DNA of 63,603 bases, filler included, from Dirinaria sp. TL-2023a (Eukaryota): assembly GCA_051941275.1 (NCBI GenBank). It is 25 parts of 25 records of this genome, joined end to end, with 100 filler letters (N's around TTAATTAATTAA, not from the genome) between each part and the next. Parts side by side here need not be neighbours in the genome. Positions count along the whole stretch, not along the records: positions 48,681 to 51,097 come from JAVEBF010002290.1; positions 51,198 to 53,605 come from JAVEBF010002291.1; positions 53,706 to 56,112 come from JAVEBF010002292.1; positions 56,213 to 58,610 come from JAVEBF010002293.1; positions 58,711 to 61,107 come from JAVEBF010002294.1; positions 61,208 to 63,603 come from JAVEBF010002295.1; 19 more parts are not named here. One strand, given 5' to 3'. The translations under genes were made by a program, and so were the position numbers. This document shows positions 49,272-63,360 of this stretch, piece by piece (the stretch's first letter is position 1; each line of letters starts with the position of its first letter). The notes under the pieces are model-generated. The model made no database searches. It was not told where the DNA came from and worked only from the letters and a program-made list of their open reading frames with translations.

Positions 49272-50920
49272 ATGGCTACCGACGAGGAGTTGGCCAACTT
49301 GCAGAGGCTTTCCAACGACTATGTACCTGAAGTGCAGGTAGGGTTGATGAAGCCGGATCTGAGGGGCAAGGCGGGTGCTGAATTCACGGCTAGGGAGATC
49401 TTGTTGGCCAAAGACAATCGACGCGAGCAATCATTGCCGAATATGCCCAAGCAGACCCAATCTTTGTTCACAAGACAGCAGTGCGTCTACGGCCTTCGTG
49501 AAAGAGATCCAGTAAAAGTGATCACTGATAGCGTTGAATGGCAGGCATTACCACGGAAGTACTCTCACTATCGCACATTGAGGGGCGATGGGAATTGCGG
49601 CTGGCGAGGTAGGCGGCCTTGTCACTCTCATTTATAAGTAAAACTAGCTAAGTATTGGCGAAGCCCTCGCTTTCGGATACTTCGAAGCTTTGATTCGTAC
49701 GGGGGACAGCGCCAGGGTTCAAGCCGAAGCTGTGAGGTTGAAGTCTATGAACAACTTGCTTAGTGTACTGCGTCAAGATGCCGAAATCTATGAAGATTTC
49801 GTCCAAGAGACTCTGGATCTCTTGGAGCGAACCCGGGTAGACATGAACGAGGACCATGGGAGGAACCTTCTGGCATCGTTCAATGATGACGGCATCTCCG
49901 CTGCTGTGATAACTCATTTCAGGGTAAGCTTCTCCAGATCGCTGAGTCTGTATCTAAAAAAATGGCTCCTCTAAAATCCTAGCAGCTTATCACTTCCGCC
50001 TGGATGAAAACGAATGCAGCGTTATATGTACCCTTTATGCTCAACGAAACCATCGATCAATATTGCTCAACAAAGATAGATCCTTATGCCGTGGAGATTG
50101 AGCATCTGGGCATCCAAGCACTCTTCGATGCAGTCATTAAGCCTGCAGGCATAGCAATGGAGGTGCTGTATCTGGATCGGAGTGCTGGTGAGGAAGTCAA
50201 TACGATCCGTTGGTCGGTCGACGACCACAGTGGCCACTATCTCAGTATACCTACCATCCGCCTGCTGTATAGGCCGTATGTCTTCCTCGCTGAAACGCTG
50301 AACGCGTTCACTGATGCTTTCGCAGAGGCCATTACGATCTACTGTACAAAATCGAGGATCTGCCCGAACCGCCAGTGCCACAGCCTCCGGTGCACATCAC
50401 ACAGGTGCATATGCCACCGGTACATATCAACAACATGTTCCATAGCCCTCATTTCGCCTCCAATAACCTTCTCTACTCCCACGGTTCGTTCGATCTCGAT
50501 ACTTGGAACCTACCCGGGATGTCCACAACCGGGATCTCGTCTTCTGGCATCTCGTCAGTCGGCCTCCACCCGGCAGCTTTCCCTCCAGACATCTATCAGC
50601 CCAGCCCGTTCGCCCAACATGCCGCGCCAATGAGCCCTGGCCCGTACGCCGTATCTCCCTATCCGCCGCCACCACCACCTATGCATTCTCAAACCCACGA
50701 AAGCAATAGCCAAGGTACTTTCCGCGCTTCCAGATTCGAGCTAGAGCCGGCGTATCAAACACTGGTCAACTCGCATATGGAGCCTTGTCAGACCGAGGCA
50801 ATGAAATCTGCTGGCGAAAGCACGTCCCACTTCCGAAACGAACGCTTCCAGCCCGAAATCTGGGAACCCGGCCCCGAGTACAATAAGAGCCTGAGGGACA
50901 CAGAGACGCCCAGCAGTTGA
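49272..50920 (+). CDS. Otubain-like deubiquitinase (peptidase C65) with P-rich C-terminal extension, multi-exon
   Basis: YRTLRGDGNCGWR|ALAFGYFE (catalytic Cys), EIEHLGI, LYLDRS and LLYRP|GHYDLLYK (catalytic His). Confidence 0.9.
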
Positions 50921-51197
50921 CGGGGAGGCGCTCCCTCCAGATAGCTCAAGAAGCGGGGGTCCTCCCACCGACATTCCCTCCCAACTTCTAAATTGTCAAC
51001 CCCGGATACATTACGAAGTTCATGAACTGAAAAAAAAGTATACATCTTTACATAATAAACCATTGCTGTTTTCTGTTCCTACATGGCCTAGGTGTTCNNN
51101 NNNNNNNNNNNNNNNNNNNNNNNNNNNNNNNNNNNNNNNNNTTAATTAATTAANNNNNNNNNNNNNNNNNNNNNNNNNNNNNNNNNNNNNNNNNNNN

Positions 51198-52068
51198 GGA
51201 GTGGGTTTCTTGGTGCTGCTGGATGATGATGGCACGTAGGTTAGGAAGCGGTAGGAGGTTGCGTAGCCGACTATGGAGTATTGGGAGGCGGTGGGGGAAG
51301 GTGGGTTGGATAGTTTCTCGTAGCTTGCGAAGTTTTTGTCAGTGGGGTTTGTTTTTATTTTTTGATATATTGGTGTGGGAGGACGTCTTCTTACACAAAG
51401 AAGACCCGCCAACGAGCAAGAGTCCATTCCGCATCGTCGAGGGTGAGCGGAGTTCCGCCTTCGATGAAAAACGATATCAGGATCTGCATGCGCTCGATGA
51501 TCTTTTGTACCGCGGCGTCTGTGAGCTCGCCGCACCAGATTTCAAAATTGCGGCCTTTGCTCGTATAGCTCTCGAGCAGCTCCCCGGGGGGCTTGAAGTC
51601 TGCAGCGGCGGCATCGTTCTGAACTGCCGAGTTGAATGCGGCGATCTTGGTGAATGATTCTGTGAGCAGCAGCAGCAGTAAGCAGCTGTATATAAACGAT
51701 TATATGGCTTCCGGTTGCTGACCCTCTGGTGCCCATTCCTTCAATATCCCGTTGATGTCAGCGGCCTTGGTATCCCCGACAGCCTTGAACTTCTTGTCAT
51801 AGCTGATTTCAATGTTCGGACGCAAGTCGTGAGCGGCGAAGCGCAAATCGATCCGAAGACCTTGATATCCGAAGATCTGTTCTTCGTCGCCGAAAATGGG
51901 ATACGTGAATTGCGGGCGGAATGTTGAAAGCGTTCTGGGCGCCTTGTCGCCGGCTTGGACTACGGATATGTGAATGGCTTCGTTGGCATTGCTTGACCCT
52001 AGATCGTTTTAGTATAGGCTGGCAACGGAGATAGATCGGGCATGCATACATTCTTCTTGCTCGGCCAT
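51198..52068 (-). CDS. HAT1: Histone acetyltransferase type B catalytic subunit, 3'-truncated
   Basis: W.SNANEA...F.PQFTYPIFGDEEQIFGYQGLRI...RMQILISFFIEGG...RWRVFFV|YEK...VGYATSYRF. Confidence 0.92.
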
Positions 52069-52473
52069 TATTATTGTAAGATGATCGTAGTCAAGTCGTC
52101 CTTTTAACTTTTGATAGACTTGCAGGAGCCTCGATCGTCCAAGTTCATTCACGTCGCGAACCCGCGAATCCCACGAGTCGATTCAGCGCTAGATTTAGAG
52201 TTTAGCGTCGGCATGTGGCTGAGGCAAGGGGTGTGGCTCGGGGTGGCTGCGACTGGAGGATGCTAAAGTATCAAAGTGAATTGGGGTAAAAGTACAGATC
52301 AGCTTCGAGCTATTCAGCTAAAGAATTCTCATATTGTCCTCTGTACTGTATCCACCGGCGTGATTGTTCGATTTCGAAGTACCTTTGGCAGGATGTGCAT
52401 CGTCTAGCACAAATATCGATTCGAGCGCTGGATCGCCTCAGGCAGGCGCAATTGACAGACAAGCCGACCCAAG

Positions 52474-53605
52474 ATGCTGGACGGCCTTTTGATGCTGCTC
52501 ACATTGAGCACGTTGATGGCCATAGCGTGAGTGAAAAGCAAACTTGTGAAGTCCCTACATAATCAGCAATTGACATTACTACAGCTCTTTCCTTGCTGGA
52601 TCTCTACCACTCTCCTTCACCCTCTCGCAATCCCGGCTTCGTCTAATATCAACCATCGGCATGGGCGTCCTGGTCGGCACCGCACTGGTAGTTATCATAC
52701 CGGAGGGAGTCGAGACATTATACAGCGCCAATGAAGCTGCGCACAGCCATGAGCGAAGAAGCGTTTTCCCAGCACCCATAGCCCGGCAATTGGAAGCTCG
52801 GAAAGCGCCCTTTCTAGATTTCAACAGCAACGAACCACTACAGGCCCTCCAATCTCTCAGCAAACGCCTCCACGAGCGCGACGAATCCCAACCCAGCCCC
52901 AACACCTTCGAAGACATGCCGGGCCCCGTAATCCCAGAAAACATGAACATCGACACCACCCCATCATCTCCTCCGCGCACTCCAACCGCACCAGGCGAGG
53001 TCGGGATCCTAGGAAGCAAAGACGAGATCCCATCCTCACCATCAGCCTCTTCCACTCCCTCAGAACCGCACACTCCGCCCCCCAAACCCCGCACTCCGCA
53101 CGCCTGGATCGGCCTCTCTCTAATCCTAGGCTTCATCCTCATGTACCTGATCGACACCCTGCCACACCTAGCCCGGCCCTCGCGCCCTCCGCCGCGGCAA
53201 AACATCTACTCCCTATCCGACCTCTCCACCTCGCCTCCCCCGGGCAGCGAGCCGGGAGCGTCTCCTCCGCGCTCCTTGTCCACGACATTAGGACTGTGTA
53301 TCCACGCCGCAGCAGACGGGATCGCATTAGGCGCCTCTTCATCCTCGTCGACCACGAAATCCCTGTCCTTCATCATTTTCCTCGCGATCATGGTCCACAA
53401 AGCCCCCGCCGCATTCGGATTGACCTCCGTGCTGCTGAAGCAAGGACTCGGGAAACGGGCCGCGAGGGCGCATCTGGTGATTTTCAGCCTGGCAGCGCCG
53501 GCGGGCGCATTGGCGACGTGGATGGTTGTGCGGACACTGGGCGGCGCACCAGGAGGAGGAGGCAGCATCTCATCAGAAGAAGAAACCATGACGTGGTGGA
53601 CGGGC
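52474..53605 (+). CDS. ZIP-family metal transporter (Atx2/ZIP9-like), 3'-truncated
   Basis: GVLVGTALVVIIPEGVETLY, TTLGLCIHAAADGIALG and AIMVHKAPAAFGL. One short intron after the first helix. Divergent from HAT1. Confidence 0.9.
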
Positions 53606-54073
53606 NNNNNNNNNNNNNNNNNNNNNNNNNNNNNNNNNNNNNNNNNNNNTTAATTAATTAANNNNNNNNNNNNNNNNNNNNNNNNNNNNNNNNNNNNNNN
53701 NNNNNGTTTTGTTACTGGAATGAAAAACAATATTTGCATGTAAAGTACTTAGCTTTTCAGCTGCCTGATGAAGCTTTAAAACGTCCTTGGTGCAGCTATA
53801 CAACAAACGTCGATATGCCCCTCGGACGTTGAACCAGAAGAGTTAAGAATCTTGGCACAAGCAATGTATGGTAGGTTATGGTGATAGACTGGTTGTAGAG
53901 TATCTGTAACTAAGAACAATCGCTTGCATACTCTACCGAATTCCCGCTATTGCTTCAAAAACAATCTGAACCTATGAGCAGCATGATTTCGTACCTGAGA
54001 TAACCGGCACCAAGCCATGCCAGACAGCAACATCCGCAGCTCCTGGGCACGAAGGCTGTCAAACCTGCAGCTT

Positions 54074-55897
<1,824 letters not shown>

Positions 55898-56212
55898 ATT
55901 GGCGCTTAGTCAATATGGCTGATGCCGGTCAGATAAAGGCAATTGAAGAAAGTAGGTTGGCCGCCTTTGAGGAGCGTGGAATCTGGTGGCGTGGTGGATG
56001 AGGGAAATGATAGTAAATAATACTGTACGTTCGAGATTTGACAGTCGGATTGTTGTGGGCAAGAGCGATCTTTTAGCGCGTGGCCCGTGCTCGCATGTAA
56101 ACAGTGCGGGAANNNNNNNNNNNNNNNNNNNNNNNNNNNNNNNNNNNNNNNNNNNNTTAATTAATTAANNNNNNNNNNNNNNNNNNNNNNNNNNNNNNNN
56201 NNNNNNNNNNNN

Positions 56213-57881
56213 ACAGATTCTAAAGACTTTAGCAATGACTTTCTCATCAATGTTGAAAGGCACGCTGCCATCGAAGCAAAAGCCAGCGTTTACTGGATAT
56301 CGAAGAGCTGTCTCTCTAAACCCCTCCGGAAGACGGACACGGAGGAAGAAAAACGCGAGAAAGAGCGCGAGAAACAGGGGACTTGCTGGACAATAGGAGA
56401 TATTGTCCGGCGAGCGCGTGCGGTAGTAATTGCGGTTCCTGGACCTTTGGACGAAAGTCTCAAGGAATGGGGGAAACGTGTTTGAACGATGCCTGAGTTA
56501 TTGCTCTACACAGAAAAAGATTCTATATATGTCTACGAGGCAAACAGAGCACTCAAAGACCGACGAGAGTTTGCTTGACGAGAAGTGTGGGACAAAGTCT
56601 GGAACGATCAAGCTGAATCTGAGCAATTGATAGATCACTACGAAGGCTCTCTCACACTCACTTCATTTCAGCTCGTTACGATAGCTTTGCGATGTCTTTT
56701 CGAACGCGAATTAAAGCTTTACGTCGATGGCGATCACTCTTACGCCCTGATGAGTCTCTTGCGCCAGAGGCCCAATGTCGTTATCACAGACAGTGCTTTT
56801 CAGGCATTTGCACGACTTTCTCTTGCAAATGACAGTAACTCGCTGATGGAAAGAATGATATGTTTGCTTTCGAAACATCTTGACAACAAGTGGTCGTCGC
56901 TCGATGATACCTGAAATGTTGAGCTTTGGGACATTTATTCTCAACCTCAGATCTGCGGAATAGGAGAGAACGATACGATAATTCTCGATGACGCTCGTGG
57001 TGCTGCGATACGTTGGGATAAGTTCATCGCGGTACTCACACTAGGCCAAGAATCGATGCGTCATAGGCTCGCGCGAAGGGCGTTACGTACTGTGTCAGTT
57101 CTGTTCATATTGCTGATCATTTTTGGCCCAATTACGACAGCAGTATTTCAAGACAATTTTCGGTATTTCTTCGTTGCGGCCGGCCTTGCGAGTATTGTTT
57201 TCCTTCTATCTTCTTATCTGGTTCGACTTATATACCGTACTGAGGCTCACGAGTCACAATCACTGTTCTTTGGTATTGAAGGCTATCTTGACATTTACAA
57301 GTTGGAACTTCTGATATTTGGGTCTTTCGAAGGAAAATTAGTGTGGAGTGTCACAAGCAGTCCTTTTTTCTGTCATCAACTTGATCGGAAAGGCATGAAA
57401 AAAGATTTTTTTCAGGGCACGGACGAGACCGAAATCGAATCGCTTATGGAGAAGGAGAACATGTACATCGGCGTTGATCCCGTAAACAATGATGATAACC
57501 GTTTCAAGGAGCTCGTGGAGAAAGCTAAGACAAAAATCTGACTCGGAAAAGAAGGTCTTCACCCTGATTGATACGTATACCATGACCGTCACCTTGTTCG
57601 ATGCCGTGAGACCGCCTGTTGCAGTGGTCATATGCGGCGCTGAAGGTGGTATGCAACGAGCTCTGTTATGCTCACAAGATTGGACCAGCGGCACGTTATA
57701 CCGCGAGACGGTCGTGAGAATGGAAACGAGGGTCTGGGATCGGATGGATACTCTTTCACGTGTCCGACTGGGACTGAAAAGGCCTGATACGAGGAATGAG
57801 ATCAAGGATCCGAGAGATTTCAAGGTTTCAAAAGGGCCATTGTGGAAGCGATTCCTTGATGCAATTGGAAATCGTGTTTAG
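56213..57881 (+). pseudogene. HET-domain-like membrane protein pseudogene
   Basis: YWISKSCL...IGDIVRRARAVVIAV...EWGKRV*TMPELLL resembles the HET W..R.WT..E.LL motif. Further: YALMSLLRQRP, QAFARLSLAND, two TM helices and GAEGGMQRALLCS. TGG>TGA stops and a frameshift near 57530. Confidence 0.65.
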
Positions 57882-58004
57882 GGCGTAGGGATATTACCCC
57901 AAGAGGCAGTTTAGGCGTTAGTAGAAACGATTTTGGCATTGCAATACAACGGATGGTTGAATCTGGGGTCGCGATCTCTTTTTGAAAGTGGATTTCGAAC
58001 TTAC

Positions 58005-58601
58005 ACACCGCATTCCCTTCACTTACTACTAAGCCGCCCAGGCCTCTTTCCAGGGAAGGAAGCAGGCTCATTGCGCACTATTTTCGTTTGAAATTTCTGA
58101 CGGCTTTCTGTGGAGAAAACTCGTCGCGAACTTTATCCCCTACAGATGACTACATCACGGCTATTTATGTACGGCGTATCTTACCGGCAGCTTCATCGGT
58201 ATCTGTGGGACATGTTTTAAGTAAACATTTCACCCAAAACAGCGAAAATCGACAGCACCTCCGTCTTCATCACCCCCATTCATTCCATCTTCGAGATTTC
58301 TCAGGAATGAGTCATGCCTGACAGCAGCGAGAGACGACAGCAGACGGATTTGTGCAGTTCGAAGGTGTTGAGGAACGGGGTCGCCTCGGCGTGAGGGAAA
58401 ATAAAATGGCACAGAGCGAAGCTTGCTGAACCCGAACCAGATGCTGAGTATCCTCGTAGGGTGCCGGATCACCCCTAAGGTAGTCACCCAGCTCGCTTCA
58501 CTAAAAGCGGCCACCCTGGGAGTGGGAGAGCTTTCGACTGTTTAGGGTTACTTCTAGTAGAGAACCTACCCTCGTACCTTCATCATTACGATTTAGGGTT
58601 A
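58005..58601 (-). ncRNA. Candidate telomerase RNA (TER)
   Basis: Template TAACCCTAA at 58550-58542; U-rich H-type pseudoknot; core-enclosing helix; three-way-junction-like region; GTAAGT (58004-57999) plus TACTAAC (57923-57917) with no nearby 3' AG. Pairings were deduced by eye. Confidence 0.7.
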
Positions 58602-59232
58602 TCACATCACNNNNNNNNNNNNNNNNNNNNNNNNNNNNNNNNNNNNNNNNNNNNTTAATTAATTAANNNNNNNNNNNNNNNNNNNNNNNNNNNNNNNNNN
58701 NNNNNNNNNNTGGAGGGTTTGAGGGATCTCAGTCTTCTTAGGTAGGGCTCTCGGGTTGCCCTGCATAGCGGCTTGGTGGCTTGGCGGCTTGGCGGCGCTC
58801 TTGGCAATCGTCGCCTTCAGGGCTTCAGCCGCTTATTATTGCTACACCTCAGTAGTATCTGACGAGCTTATGTACATTACTTTGATCAGCAAATGCTCCG
58901 AGCTTTTTAGCTGTCCGATCAGAGTGACTTCGCATCTCCTCTTTTTTTCATCACCCGAAAAGTGCTGTGAAATCGGTGTTGTCGAAGTTGATGTAATGAT
59001 TTGCAATCGAGTGATGTGAAATTTGTATTTAGTATCTTCGTGACATTTGGCTCGGGTACTTCATCACGAAATTGACTGACCTGGCTTTTGCCCCTCAATT
59101 GAATTCATTTTCCGTTTTTGACTGTCATAGTCGCTGCTAATCTTCGAATTCATGAACTCACATTCGCCATTCCATTCTCTTAATCCGCCTACAGCTTCGC
59201 ATGAATAGCTAACTAACATCAAGCTATTGATA

Positions 59233-60189
59233 ATGTCGTCAATAAAAGGACCGCTAGAAATAAACGAGGGAAAGAAATATGTTCCGAGACTATTCCCACG
59301 GGAGATTATTTCAGATGCGACGGGCACGCCACTCCTGCCGGTTCAAAGGGCGTACCTGATCCAGAAAGACTCTATGTTCTTCAGCAAGCTCCCGTTGGAA
59401 TTACGACTCGAAATCTATCAGTATCTTCTCCTAGCGCCCGAAGTCATCAACCCAGACCAACGACAGCTTGCTCTAAAAATTTCAAAGTCACAGACGCATT
59501 GGTTAATTACGAGTGACTACGATGAGCTTGACGTTGCCCTCGTTCGAACATGTCGCGCGAGTGTTTACGAGACCTATCCCATTCTGTACGGGCAAAACGT
59601 ATTCTCGTTCGCGCGACCACAGGAAATGCACCGTTTTCAATTCCAGGGGTTGGATCCCGAGAAGGATTTCGGTACAGATGTTGTGGCCGGTTCAGCAGGG
59701 AGGCATTCCCTCCTGCGCCACGTGTCACTAAATTGGTTTATCAACCGCTGCGCCCCACATAAACTTTTTGGGTACGATCCCATGAGTGACATCGTCGCCT
59801 GCTGGAAGGAAGTGGAAAATTATGGGCACGAGGTCTTTCCGGCTCTCCAGCATCTCTATATCGACTTTAATATGTGTTATCCGACAGAAGCGAATGTTCG
59901 TGATGTAAGCATTGGCAAATACTGGGTAATAAGAAGCTTAGCTGACGACCTGGCAAAGCTACAGGATTTCCTCACCTGCAAGGAACTTTATGGTCGAAAT
60001 AACCTCATTGTTGGGAATAACCTTGCACATCTCACGAAGCTTACAGTTGTAGGCGCAAATCGTGACTCACCATTCATTACAACCCTGAAATATTATCTGA
60101 AACCAGACCTCGAACTGCTACTGGAGCCTGGGTGGAAGGAGAAGAATACGCAGTTTCACTATCGGTGTTGGAACTTGAGAGGCGGATAG
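59233..60189 (+). CDS. Fungal protein with F-box-like motif
   Basis: FFSKLPLELRLEIYQYLL...LVRTCR..VYE..PILYGQNVF.F. Probable short in-frame intron from about 59905 (GTAAGC...GCTGAC...AAG). Confidence 0.75.
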   Translation: MSSIKGPLEINEGKKYVPRLFPREIISDATGTPLLPVQRAYLIQKDSMFFSKLPLELRLEIYQYLLLAPEVINPDQRQLALKISKSQTHWLITSDYDELDVALVRTCRASVYETYPILYGQNVFSFARPQEMHRFQFQGLDPEKDFGTDVVAGSAGRHSLLRHVSLNWFINRCAPHKLFGYDPMSDIVACWKEVENYGHEVFPALQHLYIDFNMCYPTEANVRDVSIGKYWVIRSLADDLAKLQDFLTCKELYGRNNLIVGNNLAHLTKLTVVGANRDSPFITTLKYYLKPDLELLLEPGWKEKNTQFHYRCWNLRGG

Positions 60190-61715
60190 AGCCGATAACG
60201 CAGGGACCTCATCACAGTATGTGAGAGTCCTGCGAGGTAATGGCATTTCAAAGTTTGCAATGGAGAAATGATCGCCCTCCACCGGTGGTAATGCAATCGA
60301 TGATTGATGAATCTTTCCCCACGTTGCAGATCTTCAAGGAATGGGTCTTGAGATGTTCACAAGATACTAATGGGCGTCGGTACCGTCTAGGCTACATCAG
60401 CATCTCTGTCATTAGCCCTTCCAACGCGCGACTTGCAATTGAAGCCCGCTATACCAATAAACTGCATGAAGACTTTGTTCCAGCCTTCGAGGTCAAGGAC
60501 TAGGTACTCCTCGTCATTCGCGCGGACGAATAGCAAACCTATTCCAATCCCAATTCTGTTCATGATCTTAGTTTCATTGAAAAATAGCCCCTACCTTCTG
60601 AGTCGACGCATGGGTGGCCGTCAAAGCCTTGACACGTGCTCAATACGTGTGATTGCTTCTGATTGCTCTGTGAGGTATATTCACTAGGTCTTGGGTTTGG
60701 ATTATGGATACGCTCCTGCAATGCCTCTGCAAGGTGGCTGTCTTCGACCTGGAAGCGAGCGATGGCCTAATCCACGGAGTATCTCACATTCAAACATGGA
60801 TCGCAAGGACCATCAACCCAACAGTCAGTCAATGTTCCATGAAATATCACAATCGTGGTGAGGTCGATAATCCTCTAATGAGAATATCGAGTTCGAGTAT
60901 GAATCAGGATGCTCGACGTTCCAAGTGGAAGGGAAGAAAGCATTAATCCCATACAGTAAGTACTTCCTTAGATAAGCCAATGCCAAGGCTGGGGAGCTCA
61001 GCCTGGAAGCCGAGCTGTGTAGGCGGTCTTCCAACAGGAGAATTCTGTCACTCATTATTACTCCGTACATGTGTCGTGTATTGGTTTTCATGTCGAGCGA
61101 TATCAGCNNNNNNNNNNNNNNNNNNNNNNNNNNNNNNNNNNNNNNNNNNNNTTAATTAATTAANNNNNNNNNNNNNNNNNNNNNNNNNNNNNNNNNNNNN
61201 NNNNNNNGGAAGAAAGGGATGTATTGGGGTTGGAAAAGTCGGTGGAGGATGTTTGGGAGTGGAGAGAATAATGTGTCTTGGAGTTTGGGCAAGCAGGGTC
61301 TGATTCAAAAACCATCGGCTGCCAGAAGCGGGGTTGAATGAGATCCTACATGTTGGAAAACAATACGCTGGTAAATGCGTTGCAAACTAATACGATCGTT
61401 GCGGATAATCTCATGAAGAGGAAGGAACGAGAGAGAGAGAGAGCGCCCCTGACTACCTTTTCTGACCGAACTCATTGCGGTTTGTATCGCCCTGAGCGGA
61501 GGTTCTTGCTGCTCTACCTTACCTACGGTAGGCAGGGTGATCGACTGTCAATAGTAGGTTGAGGGATGATATTGATGCTGCAGAGAAACGTTACACAGGG
61601 ACGGATAGGTGCAGTGGTGCACTCTAGAACCGACCTTACCTTACTTACCAGCTCTTCCCCGCTATAACACCAGCCATGAAGGCGAGCCCGCTCAATTAAT
61701 CTATGGGAAACGTAA

Positions 61716-63093
61716 ATGGCTCCATGCGAGATCACAGACGATTATTATGCCATTCTGGAGGTCTCACAGACCGCGCCCCTCGACATTATCAAGAAGAGCT
61801 ATCGCCGACTGGTACTACTCCGACATCCTGACAAGAACACCAACAAGGCTGATGCAACAACGGCCTTCCAGTGCGTAAGTCGAATACATTTCCAACTTTG
61901 CTCACTGTAGAGGTGAAAAGACAATCTAACCGACTACCGACTCCGAAAAGCTGGCAACGGCATACGAAACCATCAGCGACCCTGAAAAACGAAAAATCTA
62001 TGATCTGCAATGGGTACGTATCAAGCATCGTCAGAGCACCGAACAGGAAACAAGGAAGCGCCACGCTGAAGCAGCCGAGGCGGAGCGGAAGAGGGCAGCC
62101 GAAGAGCGATCAAACCGACAGAAGGAACAGCGAGCGTCGCAGGAATGCCTTCAGCAGCTAGAAAAGCTGCGGGCCAGTTACGACAGCAGGATCTTCGAGC
62201 TCAACCGGGAGATCAGAAGGCTCACCGCGGACGTGAAGCGTCTTCAAGAGCAAGACGACGAGGAATCGAGAAAAGCGCGAGAACGAAATAGTTGGTGGGC
62301 GTACTTGACTTCGCCCATCTACGGTGGCAAGGTGCAAGAGACGGCGGAACAGAAGCAGCAACGGGACCACGAACGGCACCAGAGACAAGCCAGCAGACGC
62401 ATCAAAGGGAGCGAGGTAGGCCAGAAGGAGGCGCGGCTGCAGAGCTTGAAAAGCGCGCTGCAGGGCGTGGATGCCCGGATCGCGGCGGAGAGGAAGAAGA
62501 AGATCGAGGATGAGGCGCGGGCACAGAGGCAAGAGAAGTTGCGCAAGGAGCAAGAAGCTGGACGGCAGTTTGAAGAACGGCAACAACGCGAGCGCTATGC
62601 AAAGTGGCAGGCTGAAGCGGAGAAAAAAGCGGCCCAAGAAGCCCGGGAAAGAACCCAAGCCGCCAAAGAGGCCCGCGAAGCTGAAGCAGCAGCCAAGGAA
62701 GAAGCCCGCAAAGTTCAAGCGGCCAGGGAAGAAGCCCGAAAAGCTCGCGAAGCAGCAGCAGCAGCAGCACGTAAACGTTTCTCGAAGCTAGCCCATCAAC
62801 GTGCACCCCCCTCGAATAGCAGTAGCAACTATAAAAATAAAAAGCCATGCCGACACTCGGCCTTCTGGCCCAAACTCGAGGGCAGCCATCTGTGCAGCCA
62901 TTGCAACACCGTCCAGCGACGCTTCGCGTTCCAGTGTCCCGGGTGCAACATGGTCGCCTGCGCCGGCTGTCGCCAGAGCTTAAGAAATGAGAAGATGAGA
63001 AGACAAACCGATCGAGAGCCTTGGGAAACGCGGTTCGATGCTGATGCTGATGCCCCTTATTATTATGATGACCCTTATATGCCGGATTTTTGA
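61716..63093 (+). CDS. DnaJ-domain protein with long coiled coil and C-terminal Cys-rich module
   Basis: DYYAILEV...IKKSYRRL....HPDKN...AFQC|LATAYETISDPEKRKIYD. Intron 61875-61950. C-terminal C.H...W......C..C.......CPGC....C..C. Confidence 0.9.
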
Positions 63094-63329
63094 TTGTGTA
63101 CATGTAGTTTGGTGGAAATGGGTGAGGAGTAGAGTAGAGAGAAGGGAGGAAGAAGAGAAGAAATTCCGGCGCTAGTTAGGTAGCTGGTTCACATAGGAGA
63201 ATTGGAAATCTTTTAAGTTTTGCGATATTTATTATTATATTTCAAAGAAGTATATCCCTCCCTCTACATACTTTCCCTAGCCTATATACAATTTTCAGAC
63301 CGAGACCTGCTCTGCTCGGAATAATATCC

Positions 63330-63360
<31 letters not shown>

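Noticed and set aside
58579..58588. Box C-like ATGATGA on the minus strand (C/D snoRNA or U3)
   Set aside because: No box D at a typical distance with a terminal stem, and no U3, RNase P or MRP signature motifs were found.
58542..58601. TTAGGGTTA twice as a telomere or subtelomeric repeat
   Set aside because: These are two isolated 1.5-unit copies, not a tandem array. A TER template plus telobox explains them better.
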